This document shows, piece after piece, positions 25,465-37,215 of a stretch of DNA of 64,000 nt. The translations under genes were made by a program, and so were the position numbers. Source of the DNA: Selaginella moellendorffii (Eukaryota; Plantae; Lycopodiophyta); assembly GCF_000143415.4 (NCBI RefSeq), contig NW_003314382.1, positions 1-64,000 on the forward strand, given 5' to 3'. The notes under the pieces are model-generated. The model saw only the letters and a program-made list of their open reading frames with translations. It ran no database searches and was not told the DNA's origin. The stretch's first letter is position 1. Each line of letters starts with the position of its first letter.

Positions 25465-27066
25465 CTATACCAGGCTGTGTGCAATGACATGCACATTCGA
25501 TAGCAACGTGAAGGCAACATCGCTGCAAGGATTTAGTCTAAGAGCATTCCTCGCTGCTCGTTCCCCTTGCTCAATTTCACCATGGACGGCACAAGCCCCC
25601 AGCAAAGAAGTCCAGGCAACCTCATCGGCTGCAAAGGGCATGCTGTAGAGCAGCTCCTCGGCTTGTTGTAGCCGTCTTGCTCGTCCCAGCACATCTATCA
25701 AACAGTGGAAGTGCTTGATCACCGGCAAAATGCCATGAGCTTCAAGCATGATTCCAAAGTGCTCCCTTGCCGAGTTAACCACGCCTTCGTGATTGCAAGC
25801 CGTGAGCACGCTCACGTAGGTGATGTAGCTCGGCTTCACTCCTTCAAGGAGCATTGACCCAACGAGCTCCAGTGTGGTTTTCAAGTCGCCATTCTGGGCG
25901 AGTGCCTGGATGATCGAATTCCAAGTGTATAGATCCCGCTTGGGCATTCGATTAAAACCCTCCAGAGCCTCCTCAAGCTGGCCATTTTGCGTAAATCCAG
26001 AAACCATAGTCGTCCATGAAACTTTGTCGTGAACAGGCATTTTATCAAAAGTTACACAAGCATGACGCAAATGCCCGTACATGGCACTCGCAGAAATGAG
26101 GCAATTCCATGAAAAAGCAGTTCGTTTGGGCATAGTGTCAAACGTAGTCTTTGCCATCTCAAGCTTTCCATTCTGAGAGTATGCCTGAATCATGGCCGTC
26201 CACGCAACTGAATCCCAACAGGGCATCTTTGCAAAAACATGTTCCGTGTGCTCCAGATCCCAGTTCTGGGCATAAACCGTGATTACGGACGTCAAGGCCA
26301 CAATGTCCTTGCACGGCATTTTGTCAAAAACACGCTTAGCTAAGTCCACCAAGCCTTGATTCCCATACGCGGATATCATAATTGTCCATGAAAGAGCGCT
26401 CAAGTCTGGCATGGACTCCCACGTCTCCACCGCCTTAGCAAAATGCCCATTTTGGGCAAATGTTTGCACAATAGCGTTCCACGCGACCAGATTTCTTTCA
26501 GGCATCCTGATAAAAAAGTTCCACGCATCACGAACGCGACCGTTGCCAGCGTAGGCTGCCAGCATGGCAGTCCACGACACCAGGTCGTGCTGACGCATGT
26601 TGTCAAATATACTTCTTGCCTCGTCCAGATGCCCTGACGCGGTATATGCTGCCAGCATGGCTGTCCATGACACCACATTTTGCCAGGGTGTCCTGTCGTA
26701 CCAAATTCGCGCTTGATCGACCAGGCCATGGTGGCTGTACGCTTTTGTGATACCATTCCAAGATACCACGTCTCGGCCTGGTGTTCTCTCAAAGAAATCT
26801 CTTGCCATGTCAAGATGCCCATTTGTGGCATATGCTGTGACAATCGAGTTCCACGAGCAAACATCTCGTTCTTCCAATCCATCGAAAACCTCTCTAGCCT
26901 CGTCGATTCTCCCGCATTTCCCATACACATCGATTAAAACATTCCTGATTCTTACGTTGGATCGCAAGCGCTCATCGCCCAAGACACGCAAATGGAGCTC
27001 GCGCGCCCTGGCGAAATCACCGCAGCAAGATTTCAGTAGCCTCACGAGGCCAGGAACATCACACAT
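25465..27066 (-). CDS. PLS/SS-class PPR protein with E domain (organellar RNA-editing factor-like)
   Basis: Tandem ~31-aa repeats (DLVSWTAMLAAYAxxG..A..F..MP), HFHCLIDVLGRA..AWTSLLGAC E-region. First in-frame ATG at 27066; the frame is open to 27117. Confidence 0.88.
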   Translation of the reverse strand: MCDVPGLVRLLKSCCGDFARARELHLRVLGDERLRSNVRIRNVLIDVYGKCGRIDEAREVFDGLEERDVCSWNSIVTAYATNGHLDMARDFFERTPGRDVVSWNGITKAYSHHGLVDQARIWYDRTPWQNVVSWTAMLAAYTASGHLDEARSIFDNMRQHDLVSWTAMLAAYAGNGRVRDAWNFFIRMPERNLVAWNAIVQTFAQNGHFAKAVETWESMPDLSALSWTIMISAYGNQGLVDLAKRVFDKMPCKDIVALTSVITVYAQNWDLEHTEHVFAKMPCWDSVAWTAMIQAYSQNGKLEMAKTTFDTMPKRTAFSWNCLISASAMYGHLRHACVTFDKMPVHDKVSWTTMVSGFTQNGQLEEALEGFNRMPKRDLYTWNSIIQALAQNGDLKTTLELVGSMLLEGVKPSYITYVSVLTACNHEGVVNSAREHFGIMLEAHGILPVIKHFHCLIDVLGRARRLQQAEELLYSMPFAADEVAWTSLLGACAVHGEIEQGERAARNALRLNPCSDVAFTLLSNVHVIAHSLV

Positions 27067-27109
27067 GAGACGAGTGAGATCGATCCATGAACAAAAAATT
27101 CGTTTGTTT

Positions 27110-27766
27110 TCAGTCACAGCTAAGAGCCGAGAAGAATCCCACTGTCTTTCTCACGCAATCCTTCACCTGGACGAGCTCCACGTCGAAGATCTCGAACTGC
27201 TTGGAGCTAAAGAACGTCGAGGGGCCGACTGGAGGACCCAGCTCGGGAGGGACGACAATTCTTCGCTTCCCGCCAGGCCTCATGCTCTTGATCCCTTCCT
27301 CAAACCCAGGAACCAATCCACCATCGCCCAATCGCGTCTTGGATGGCTGCCCCTTCTGGTAGCTACTGTCGATCCTCCTCCCGGCCTCGTTGTAGCCAAT
27401 GTAGTTGAAGATCACTTGCTGGCCATCGCTGGGGCAATCGCCGCTCCCCTGCTCCAGATCGAGGTAGATCAATCCGGTGCTCGTGGTCACATACTTGGGG
27501 CTCGCCACAACCTTGACCTTGAATCCCTGGCGGACGAAGCTCGGGAAATCCGGAGGCACGCCATTCAACTGCTGGATCCGCTGGTTTGATTCCAGCAGCT
27601 TCTCTTCCTGGGCCGCGGCCTTGGATTTGATCACCGCTTGGGCGGCATTGCCAGCGCTGCCGATCGCTACCAGCAGCGGGCACCCTAGAGCGAGGAAATT
27701 CCTGCGCGGGAGTGGCGATGGAGGGAGGATAGTGGCGCCAGAGGGAAGAAAGGATAAAGCAACCAT
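27110..27766 (-). CDS. FKBP20-2: Thylakoid-lumen FKBP-type peptidyl-prolyl isomerase FKBP20-2 (intronless)
   Basis: Transit peptide with twin-Arg RRNFLAL..AQA, then GLIYLD..G.G..P.DGQQV.F.YIGYNE.GRRIDS, PPELGPPVGPSTFFSSKQFE.FDVEL, C-terminal Cys pair. Confidence 0.9.
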   Translation of the reverse strand: MVALSFLPSGATILPPSPLPRRNFLALGCPLLVAIGSAGNAAQAVIKSKAAAQEEKLLESNQRIQQLNGVPPDFPSFVRQGFKVKVVASPKYVTTSTGLIYLDLEQGSGDCPSDGQQVIFNYIGYNEAGRRIDSSYQKGQPSKTRLGDGGLVPGFEEGIKSMRPGGKRRIVVPPELGPPVGPSTFFSSKQFEIFDVELVQVKDCVRKTVGFFSALSCD

Positions 27767-27952
27767 ACCTAAAACAACCCTAATACACGTGTCACAATGC
27801 CGAAAATCCGCGAAAAGAGACCATTACGTGTCCAGTTTTGAAAGGAGGGAAAAAAATATCTCCAGCAACGTGTCCAATGTTTAATTGGTATTTCCCACCG
27901 AAAGTTCTTCACGGTGTTCTTAAGCGATCGCCCATGATTCCTTGGAAGATCA

Positions 27953-29029
27953 ATGGGAAACAAGAGGTACCTAGGCTTAGAACTCAAGAGATCTCTCATT
28001 TCGGGGCTTCCAAACGATGTCGCGCGCCACTGCCTCGCCAAGGTCCCCAGGATCTACCACCGCAGCATGCGATCGGTGTCAAGAACTTGGAAGAAAACGC
28101 TCGAGAGTGAGGATTTCTTCGCGGTAAGAAGGAAATCTGGCATCGCCGATGCCTGGCTCGTCGTGATCCTCATGGAAAATGGCCACAACTCCTACTGCAT
28201 TTACAATCTCGCCTCCAAATCCTTGTTGCTCAAAGCGCCTCTTCCAGATCCTCCACTGCCCACGGGGCTAGAAATCGGCGATGTGGGCGGAGGAGGATTC
28301 GCCACATTCAAGACCGCGGCGGTGGGCGCTCTCCTCGTCGTGCTGGAATCCAGGACGAGCTCTCGCCGATCGAGTGTGGAGAACCACACCCGGATCTTCG
28401 ATTCCATCAAGAACAAGTGGCGGGCGGGATCGCCGCCAACTGTCGCGCGGTCGCAGTTCGCCATGGCGACAGTGAATGGTACGGTCTACGTCGCGGGGGG
28501 CTGCGACCACGACGGTGACTTTGTCCCTGCGACCGAGTCCTATGACGTTGCGACCGACACGTGGACGCAGCGGTCAACCATGCCGTACAACAACCTCGAC
28601 CGGGTTGACTGCAAGGTGGTGTTCCAGGGTAAGCTTTACGTCCGGGTGTTCTCTTCCACGCGTTGCGAGGTGCTGGTCTATGATCCTGGTAGCGATTCCT
28701 GGCACCGCGATTCTTCTGGGATGAGTGCCATGGATCATGGAGAACTCGTCGCTACTTCCAGCGGGATTTACAGCTTGACAGCCTCGGATTGCCTCTACAA
28801 GTTCGTGGATGGGGAATGGGTTCTTGCCGGGAGCATCCAGCGCAAGCCATCTTCGTCTTCCTCGTCTCCGGCTTTCAATGTCCACTCGCAGCGGGCATTT
28901 GGGCTCCGGGATGAGATCTTCGTCCTGGGCGCTGGTGATCTCTCTTGCGTGATTGGGGAGGATCTCGTTTGCCACGGATTGTTCCTGGGGAGTTCTTGGT
29001 TTAGAGCTGGTTCCGTGGTCATGGGATAG
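27953..29029 (+). CDS. F-box/kelch-repeat protein
   Basis: LISGLPNDVARHCLAKVP F-box; kelch repeats ARSQFAMATVNGTVYVAGG..ESYD..TDTW. Confidence 0.9.
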   Translation: MGNKRYLGLELKRSLISGLPNDVARHCLAKVPRIYHRSMRSVSRTWKKTLESEDFFAVRRKSGIADAWLVVILMENGHNSYCIYNLASKSLLLKAPLPDPPLPTGLEIGDVGGGGFATFKTAAVGALLVVLESRTSSRRSSVENHTRIFDSIKNKWRAGSPPTVARSQFAMATVNGTVYVAGGCDHDGDFVPATESYDVATDTWTQRSTMPYNNLDRVDCKVVFQGKLYVRVFSSTRCEVLVYDPGSDSWHRDSSGMSAMDHGELVATSSGIYSLTASDCLYKFVDGEWVLAGSIQRKPSSSSSSPAFNVHSQRAFGLRDEIFVLGAGDLSCVIGEDLVCHGLFLGSSWFRAGSVVMG

Positions 29030-29144
29030 AGCGATCCTGCTAGATGAGCTTGCGGCGAATTCGAGTGCTCCGCGAGTGGCTCCACACGGCAGCGGCATCG
29101 GTGATTGGTGACAATGTCAAGTTCTTGGAGACCGATGTGGATGG

Positions 29145-30160
29145 GTGGAAGGGAAAGTATGGAGATCTCCCGCGAGCCGTGGTGCCGTGATCGAGCAAGC
29201 AGGGGAGATCAGCATTAACACGGCAGTGTCGAGAGGCTTTGTGTCCCTTCTCAAGTGGTGCGTACAAGAGAATAATCTAGCACAAGTTCGTCGCGTGCAC
29301 GGCTTTGTTTCCGCGAGGCATCCCGGCTGCGCGGAAGACCAGTTCGTGGGAGACATGATACTACAGGCATATCGGAAGCTTGGCGAGCTTGGTCTAGCAT
29401 ATAAGGTGTTTGCTGGCATCTGGAACAGAGATCTTTTCTCGTGGACTATCATGATCGCAGCGTTTCCATAGAATGGGCATTTTGCCGAGGCGTTGTTGCT
29501 GTTTAGACGAATGGAGCTCGATGGTGTGAAGCCATCGCCGGTGACTTGCGTCACTGTTCTTGCTTCCTTCACGGTTCGAAGGCTTCTCCCGCAAGCTAGA
29601 AAGTTCCACGCAAGGATCACAGCTCTGGGCCTGGAATCAAACGTTATAGTTGGCACAGCGGTGATCACAATGTATGGGAAATGTGGGAGCTTGAGCTAGT
29701 CTTCGAGAGAATGCCGCAAAAGAACCTCGTCACCTGGACGACGCTGATATCGAGCTATGCCCAGCATGGCCATGGCAGAGAAGCGATGGAGATTTTCGAG
29801 AGGTTGCTTGCTCATGGAGGCCTCGAACCCGATGCGGTTGCTTGCGTGAGCGCTCTCGACGCTTGCTCGAGCATGGCATCGCTGGAGCAAGGCAGAAAAG
29901 TTCACAGGATCGTCGTCTCGAGGGGATTCGAGAGCAACACAGTCGTAGCAAATGCTCATGTATGGAAAAGGCGGGGCTCTGGAAGAATCAAGAGCAGTGT
30001 TTGACACGATCCAACACAAGAATCGCAACTCCTGGAACTGCATGCTCACGGTTTACGTCCAAGGGGGCCACTTACACGAGGCGATGGAGCACGTAACTCT
30101 CCTCTGCGGAGGTCGGAATAGGAACACAGGGGTATCAGGAAAGATTTTGCAGTCGGTTTA
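29145..30160 (+). pseudogene. PLS-class PPR pseudogene
   Basis: PPR motifs (DLFSWTIMIAAF, MYGKCGSL, NLVTWTTLISSYAQHGHG) broken by a TAG at 29469 and by frameshifts. Confidence 0.85.
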
Positions 30161-30849
30161 ATCTAGAAAAGAGTTGTGGATGTTACAGCTTCTTTGATCT
30201 AGCGCCGCGGACCAAGACGATGGACAATGGAGCTTCGCATCGTGGGACGCGGTGATCCAGGCGGATGCCGGGGGAAAGCCATCGCGAGATGCCCGAGAGG
30301 GATTTGGCCTCCCATTTGCTCATAGCGGAGATCCGGTGATTCTCGCGGAGAATGTGCGAACCTCGTGTCACCGGCGTGTGTTTATGGAGCATCCAAGAGC
30401 TCCTTGGCGCAGGTCGCTCCCTCCTGCCCCAGCACAGCTGGAATATGGAGTTGAAGAGGAGATCTTGCGCGGGCATCCTCTAGAACATGTCGGCGGCAGG
30501 CCAGCCGCCGTCCGACAAGGCGAGGATCAGAGCGGTCGCGACGCAAAGATCGCACTCCCATATATGTTACAAAAATCAGCTTCTCTACCAAAAGAAAAGA
30601 GAGAAAAACACTGAGAAAGTTGCCACGTATAGGGACGAAATCGCGCTCTCTCTCTCGCTCTCGCTCTCTCTCTCGATCGGATTGGAAGGACACATAGCAT
30701 GACGAAATTCACAATTAAACAGGCTAGCTCCGCTCTCCATTTGAACAAAGACTCTTAGCAATATGTTGAGGTCTTCGTTAAGGCTCTATGAGAAAGACTA
30801 AATATTCTACAGTCTTCTCTTTGAAAGCGTCTTACCTGGTCACAAGAAG

Positions 30850-31860
30850 ATCCCACTGTCTGCTGCTACGGGCTGTCGACTGGAGGCGTTGCTTGTGGCC
30901 TGTAGATGCCGACCGCCTGGAGATTGAGGTGGCACGGCAGCTCCACCCAAGAGTGGCGCTGGACATGGAGAGCCACGGGCCTATGCAGCGCTAGGCACGA
31001 CGATCCTGCCGTGCGCATCACCACCAGATCGCTGTCGACTGCTGTGCAAACTGCTCCCTGCGTGCCCAGGCTACCGGCTTCCAGCTCGCCCCGCCGCCTT
31101 GTTCACCTTCTTCCAGCTCCAGCAACACAATGAGCCGACTTGCTTGATCACCTGCGCACTGGCCGAGCACCATCACCTTGTGTCCGTGCCGGAAAGCATC
31201 CGCCCTCCGGTAAGAGTAGCCTTGGAAACCTTAATCTGGAATTGGCATTGCGGTCCAGGCTTGAGAGCCACTATCATAAGCGAGCATCATTGCGTCCCGG
31301 AAGATGAGCTCCCCACACAGATTTCCCGTCACGCTGCCGCTGCTCGTTGACGATGTCCAGAGCTTGGAGCTCGAGTGCCAGCTATAAACGGTGTGCTCTC
31401 CAAATTGTGTGGACAGCACGTGAACGCTGAACCGCTCCTGGTTGCCTCTCATCTCCAGCTTGATCTGACCATACGTATTAGCCAGCTCGGGAGAGTTGTT
31501 GCTGCGGTTGCAAAAGGTGAGAACGGGGAGCTCAAGTCGGAATCCGGTGCCCGGGTTGCAAACGGCCACCCGCAACCGCCATCGGTCGTCCGCCCAGTGC
31601 AAGCCCTCGGACAAGACGGCATCTCTGTGAAAGCCACACACCATGCCCGAGCACGAGGCCATGGGAATGAAGCGCCGCGGCAACAACCTGTTTGCCACAA
31701 CGCCTACCAGCTGCTCGTCTGGGTACCAGACCAGCACCGGTGGCCATGACAGTTCCCCAGACTGTCATGAGTAAGAGCACGCACTCCTTCCCCCTGGCTG
31801 AGATGTCCAGCTCTGGGAGATGATCGACCAAACTTGCCTTGGTAGTGCAGGTAGCGCTAA
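30850..31860 (-). pseudogene. F-box-associated protein fragment, N-terminus lost
   Basis: PMASCSGMVCG..VAVCNPGTG..LELPVL and AYD..SQAW motifs; frameshift near 31740; abuts the AT-rich array. Confidence 0.55.
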
Positions 31861-32199
31861 GTCCAACACATAGGATTTGGACAATATATAAGGGTTTATA
31901 TGAGTCGCAGAAAAGGTTAAACTATAAACATGTTTATACTTCATAAACCTCCTTAGAAACCTCTTATAAGATATTTATTCTATAAGTTTCTCTTTTCATA
32001 AACATCTTATTAGCTTTTTGATAAAACCAAACTCACTAATATGAATGCAATATCATCAACTTTGAAGTAGAATGGTTATAGCTACTTGGGGGATCCTAGC
32101 TCTAGAAAATTTTAAATTTCAAAATAAAGTAGTATTAAATTTTAATAAATAAATGTAAGTAACAACAAAAAAAGTATATACCAAATAACTCTCTTATTT

Positions 32200-34218
32200 T
32201 TCTTATTTTTTCTGATAGTCAGACAATTTAATTCTAAATAACAAAAATATATACTATTTTGCAACCATAGAAAACTTTGTATTTTTATATAAATCAACAG
32301 ATTAGAGAATAAATTATATATAAGAATAACTAAAACTCATTAAATTAGTCATAGTTTGTCTTTCTTTAGGAGAGTGATATAATTTTTATGTTTTGGAACT
32401 ACTAAAATTTCTAGTGTTAATGGCAACCTTTTTTTTTGTGAAATTTTAAAATTAAACTTTATTAAGGTCATGGTAAAAATTCCTTAACTATGGAAAAAAC
32501 TTAAACCCTCATTTTAGTAGTCATGTTAGAATTACAAAAGTTTAGTCACTCTCCTAAAAAAGGACAAAAAATGCATACTATGTGGTTTATCTCATTGAAC
32601 TAGTTGAAAATTGGCTAGCATTAATCTTTGGTATTTTGAATCGTTCAATTATAAGAAAATACAAATCGTTTTAAGGTAAGCTTTTTTTTTATTAAATTTG
32701 TTTTATTCAAATGTAATATATGCATTTACATTATCTACGGGATAACCATAACCATAGGAAAAGATAAATTAGCTCTGTATAAGTTCAATTTTACATCTTT
32801 ACATATTTACATTTTATTCCAATATAAATAACAAAAATATATACTATTTTGTAATCATATGAAACTTTGTCTTTTTACATAAATCAACAAATTAAAGAAT
32901 CAATTATATGTAAAAATAACTAAAACTTATTAAATTAGCCATAGCTTGTTTTTCTTTAGGAGAATGACATAACTTTGTGTCTTGGAACTACTGAAATTAC
33001 TAGTGTCAATAACAACTTAGTTTGTAAAATTTTAAAAATTAAACTTTATTAAGGTTATAGTAAAAATTCCTTAACTATAAAAAAAGCCTAAACCCTTATC
33101 CTAACAATTATGCTACTTGACTTCTCTTGAATTTTATTATGAAAAAAAAAATAAAAGTTAAAGTGGCAAAAAATTAAGATTTTTATTTATTAAGCTTTTT
33201 CTTTATTAGATTTACTTTATTCAGCTATAATACAAGTATTAGCTCTATCCACGGGATAACCATAACCACAAAAAAAGGTAAACTAACTCTGTATTAGTTC
33301 AATTTTACATCTTTACATTTTACATCTTTACATTTTTACATTTTATTCGAATCTAAATAAAAAAATATATACTATTTTACAATCATAAGAAACTTTGTCT
33401 TTTTATATAAATCAATAGATTAAAAAGTTAATTATATATAAGAATAATCAAAACTCATTAAATCAGCCATAGTTTGTCATTTTTTAAAAGAATGATATAG
33501 CTTTTTTGTTTTGGAATTGCTAAAATTTCTAGTGTCGATAACAACCCTTTTTTAAAAAAAATTAAAAAACTTAATTTTATTATCTAAAGGTTATGGTAAA
33601 AATTTGTTAACTATGAAAAAAGCTATTACAACAATCATACTACTTGACTTCCCTTAAATTTTGTTATGAAAAAAAAACTAGATGCAAAGTTAAAGTGGCA
33701 AAAAATTCAGATTTTTTTTTATTAAGCTTTTTCTTTATTAGACTTATTTTATTTAGCTATAAAACAAGCATCAACTCTATCCACGGGATAACCACAACCA
33801 TAGGAAAAAGTAAATTAACTCTATATCAATCCAATTTTTACATATTTACATATTTATATTTTAATCCAATATAAATAACAAAAATATATACTTGGGAAAC
33901 TTTGTATTTTTATATAAATCAACAGATTAAAGAGTAAATTATATATAAGAATAATCAAAACTCATTAAATCAACCATAGTTTGTCTTTCTTTAGGAGAGT
34001 GATATAGATTTTGTGTATTAAAGCTACTAGAATTTTTAGTGTCGATGACAACCTTTTTTCTATATGAAATTTTAAAAAATAAATTTTATTATCCGATTAA
34101 AATTCCTTAACTATGAAAAAAGTTTAAACCCTCATTTCAGCAATCATGCTACTTGATTTCCCTTGAATTTTATTATAAAAAAATAGATGCAAAAGTTAAA
34201 GTGGCCAAAAATTTAGAT
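32200..34218. repeat. AT-rich tandem array, about four copies of a 520-590 bp unit
   Basis: Anchor aaataacaaaaatatata recurs at 32236, 32826, ~33355 and 33873, with collinear downstream blocks (e.g. cacgggataacc). Confidence 0.9.
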
Positions 34219-34543
34219 TGGAGAATATATGTTCAATGAGTAATTTATCACCACCTTCATGTTCTCGAGTGTTTTTGGAGCATTCTAAGAGTCCACACAA
34301 ATCAAATTATTTATAGGAGAACATAAAATGATGTAAATCTTTCTTTTTGGCTATTTTCTTGTGCTCTTGTAGTGTAAATAAAGTGGATAGAAGAGAATCT
34401 AGACCCCATGTTATTTGTTTTGTGGTGGGAATAAGTGTGATACTATGTTAGAAGCCAATTGCTTATTTACTCTTATGGGAAAGAATAATTTGATTGCGTC
34501 TAGGGAGAAGAATAGCAACCATGTTTCTTAAGAACAACAAGAC

Positions 34544-34646
34544 TAATACTAATGATACCATTCATTCCAGACAAACATCCAAATACACTTTGGGTTTTGT
34601 ACTTTCTTTGGATATTTATTTGGAATGAATGGTATCATTAGTATTA
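34544..34646. repeat. Fold-back element: 26-bp perfect inverted repeat extending to a ~40-bp stem
   Basis: taatactaatgataccattcattcca (34544-34569) is the exact reverse complement of 34621-34646. Confidence 0.95.
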
Positions 34647-35620
34647 TATACATCCACATTGAACCATCTTTCTTCTTCACAAGTAAAATTGGAGCACCAA
34701 ATGAAGATTTATTTGGCTGAATAAATTCAAACTCAAGTAACTTCTTGACTTATCATTGAACTTTTTACTCCTCTGCATAACTTAAGTAAAATGGATGTTG
34801 GTAATTGATTGCATTCCCAGCTCCAACGTAATCCCATGCTCCACACCTCGTAATGGAGGTGACATAAAGAAGTTCAGATAGAAGAATATTGAAAAACTCA
34901 TTGAGTACATCCCATACTGTTCCTTTTCCCCCATACGTGCCTTGGTCCCCTAAGTTATGCAAATAGCAAATAACTTGAAAATAAACCCATTTAAAAAATG
35001 TAGCAAAGTCTATAACAACTTAAGGTTGAACTCTTCCAAACTACATATCTTTAACACCATTGTATTTTAGTGAGACATATTTAATATTCCACTTTATTTC
35101 TAAATCCACCTCCACCAATTATGGCATCTCAAGAATAAAATCCATACAATGGATATTTGTGAGATAAAAAGTCTCTAGAAGAGTGGTTTTGTCAACCAAC
35201 ATTTCTAGCCCCTCTACACAAGCATTGAAATGTTGAGCAAAAGTAATTGCACCTTCCACTGTGTATGGGTGGTACCATGCCATGCTCCTCAATAAACTTT
35301 GCCAAAACAAAGTTATCATCACTCCCACTATCTAATAAAATCCATATTAGACCACCATAGAATATACCCTTTAGCATTAGAGCTGATTCACAAGTGTTCT
35401 TGCTCCATCTTATTCCACATATAGTTGAGTTGACGAGCAATGATCAAAAGCCTCTTCCTCTAACCGAAATAATCATCCCCATTACAAAATTTGCAACTTT
35501 TTAATATTTAACTTACCGTCAGTAGAAGATTAGCCATTCTTTTTGCCTTGTTGTTTATTCTTCAATTGTGAAATATTAATTTTGTAGTGTCCAAGCTCAC
35601 TGCAATGATGACAACCTTAT
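34647..35620 (-). mobile_element. Ty3/Gypsy gag-protease-RT remnant
   Basis: Minus strand: zinc knuckle CHHCSELGH, protease LLDSG, PPLRGVEHGITL, FIQPNKSSFGAPILLVKKKDGSM; many stops. Confidence 0.88.
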
Positions 35621-36439
35621 TTATAATTCTTCACAAAAAACTTTTGCTTCTTTGACCCCTTTGCATCTAAAGTAGATACAATTGCTCTAGGCACCAATAG
35701 ATGATCCATATAATAAAGCATTCTTATTGACATCTCTCGGGACTACAACCATCACAACCATGCTTCACACCTTGATTGGAGATTCCAATTGAGACAAAGT
35801 TAGATTCAAAATCTCCAGCTGTCATTCTTACTCAACCTTGCACAATTAAGCTTTTGGAGGACACAGACATGCTCTTGGAGCTGCAACCATGGGCCATCAG
35901 ATGGATTCTTGAGTCCCACACATGAATGAGAATTGCCAGCCATCACATCATCGGAGACATGGCTTGCAATCTTTCAGCATCTTTTAGAGCCTCTATCCAC
36001 CAACCTATTTGTAATATTGTGCTTACCTTTCATTTCCTCCAAGGCACATATACTTCATCGTGTGACCTTGTGAGTGCAACAAGTAACATAGAAGCAACAT
36101 CTCTGACAGTCATTTCTACTCATACTCTGGCTGACAACTCTCTAGCACCTCTTGCAAACTGTCCACCAGTACATAGCAACTAGACAGTATTCATGGACAA
36201 CAAAAGCTTGTGATTTCTCTATATGGGAAAGGTGGAGGTTGCAATGGCTTTGTTCTAGCAGCAGCTCAATTTGGTCCACAAGTTTCCTCCACCCAAGGAC
36301 ACCATATGAGCTCTTTACAACCACAGGACATTATCCAGTTCATGACTTCCAACACTCGTCACAACATTCTTAGCAGACAGCACCATTTCACTCGATCCCC
36401 TAAAGTAATCCAACACTCCTGAAATTTAAAGAAGTTTCA

Positions 36440-37170
36440 AGTTTGTAAGTATGTATTTTGACCTACTTGCAACACCAGCCATAGCAACATGTATGTAAAG
36501 AAACGTCAACAGCCCCCATTGACATTGAAATTATATCAACACCATCATCAATCGCACTATCAATCCCAACCACAATATCAGCGGTATTGCAGTTCCCAGC
36601 AAACTTTGTCAGTGCACTTCCAGAAGCAAATTCCCAACCAAAAAGTTGGCCTTTCCAAAAGTCCGTGAGTTCCACGCTATCTCTAGCAGAGAGAAAAAAT
36701 AATCTGAAGTAACATTTATGAATATACGATGCAGTGTGATGTGTTGAAACTCTTGTCGGAACATCCAATACCCATCGTCCCTAAACCTTTCGGATTCAGG
36801 CCAGATGCCATCATCTATTACTCCGATGATTTGGTCTTCCCATAGTGTGGGAGAAAATGAACCAAACAGTGAATCCGAAATCTCAGATTAATCTCTCTCT
36901 TTTATGAAATCCCAGATTCTTGTTGCAGCAATTTTGCTTGACTGCCAGGCTGAACCGATACAGCTCCTGGGAGTTCTAACTAAAGATAAATAATTAGAAT
37001 CTAGAATCAAAGAAATTCTTACTCAGCTGGCACAGCCGTCCTACGAGAAGAAAATCCATTGTAGTGTTCGTAACTGTAAATGATGGATGGGCAGGCCTAG
37101 GAATAATCAGCAAACATTAGGAGAAAGTTTCATATCTGGAACCTTTTAAGGCCTGTGCGCTTTATAAGAA
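36440..37170 (-). pseudogene. Subtilase (S8) pseudogene
   Basis: YSYEHYNGFS, IIGVIDDGIWPESE, ADIVVGIDSAIDDGVDIISMSMG fragments with frameshifts. Confidence 0.85.
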
Positions 37171-37215
37171 CTCGATTAAGAAGTCTTAACGACATTGATA
37201 AAACATGGGCTACTC

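Noticed and set aside
31778-31800. Partial similarity to miR408 (gcactccttccccctggctg)
   Set aside because: Several mismatches, no hairpin partner, and it lies within the F-box remnant.
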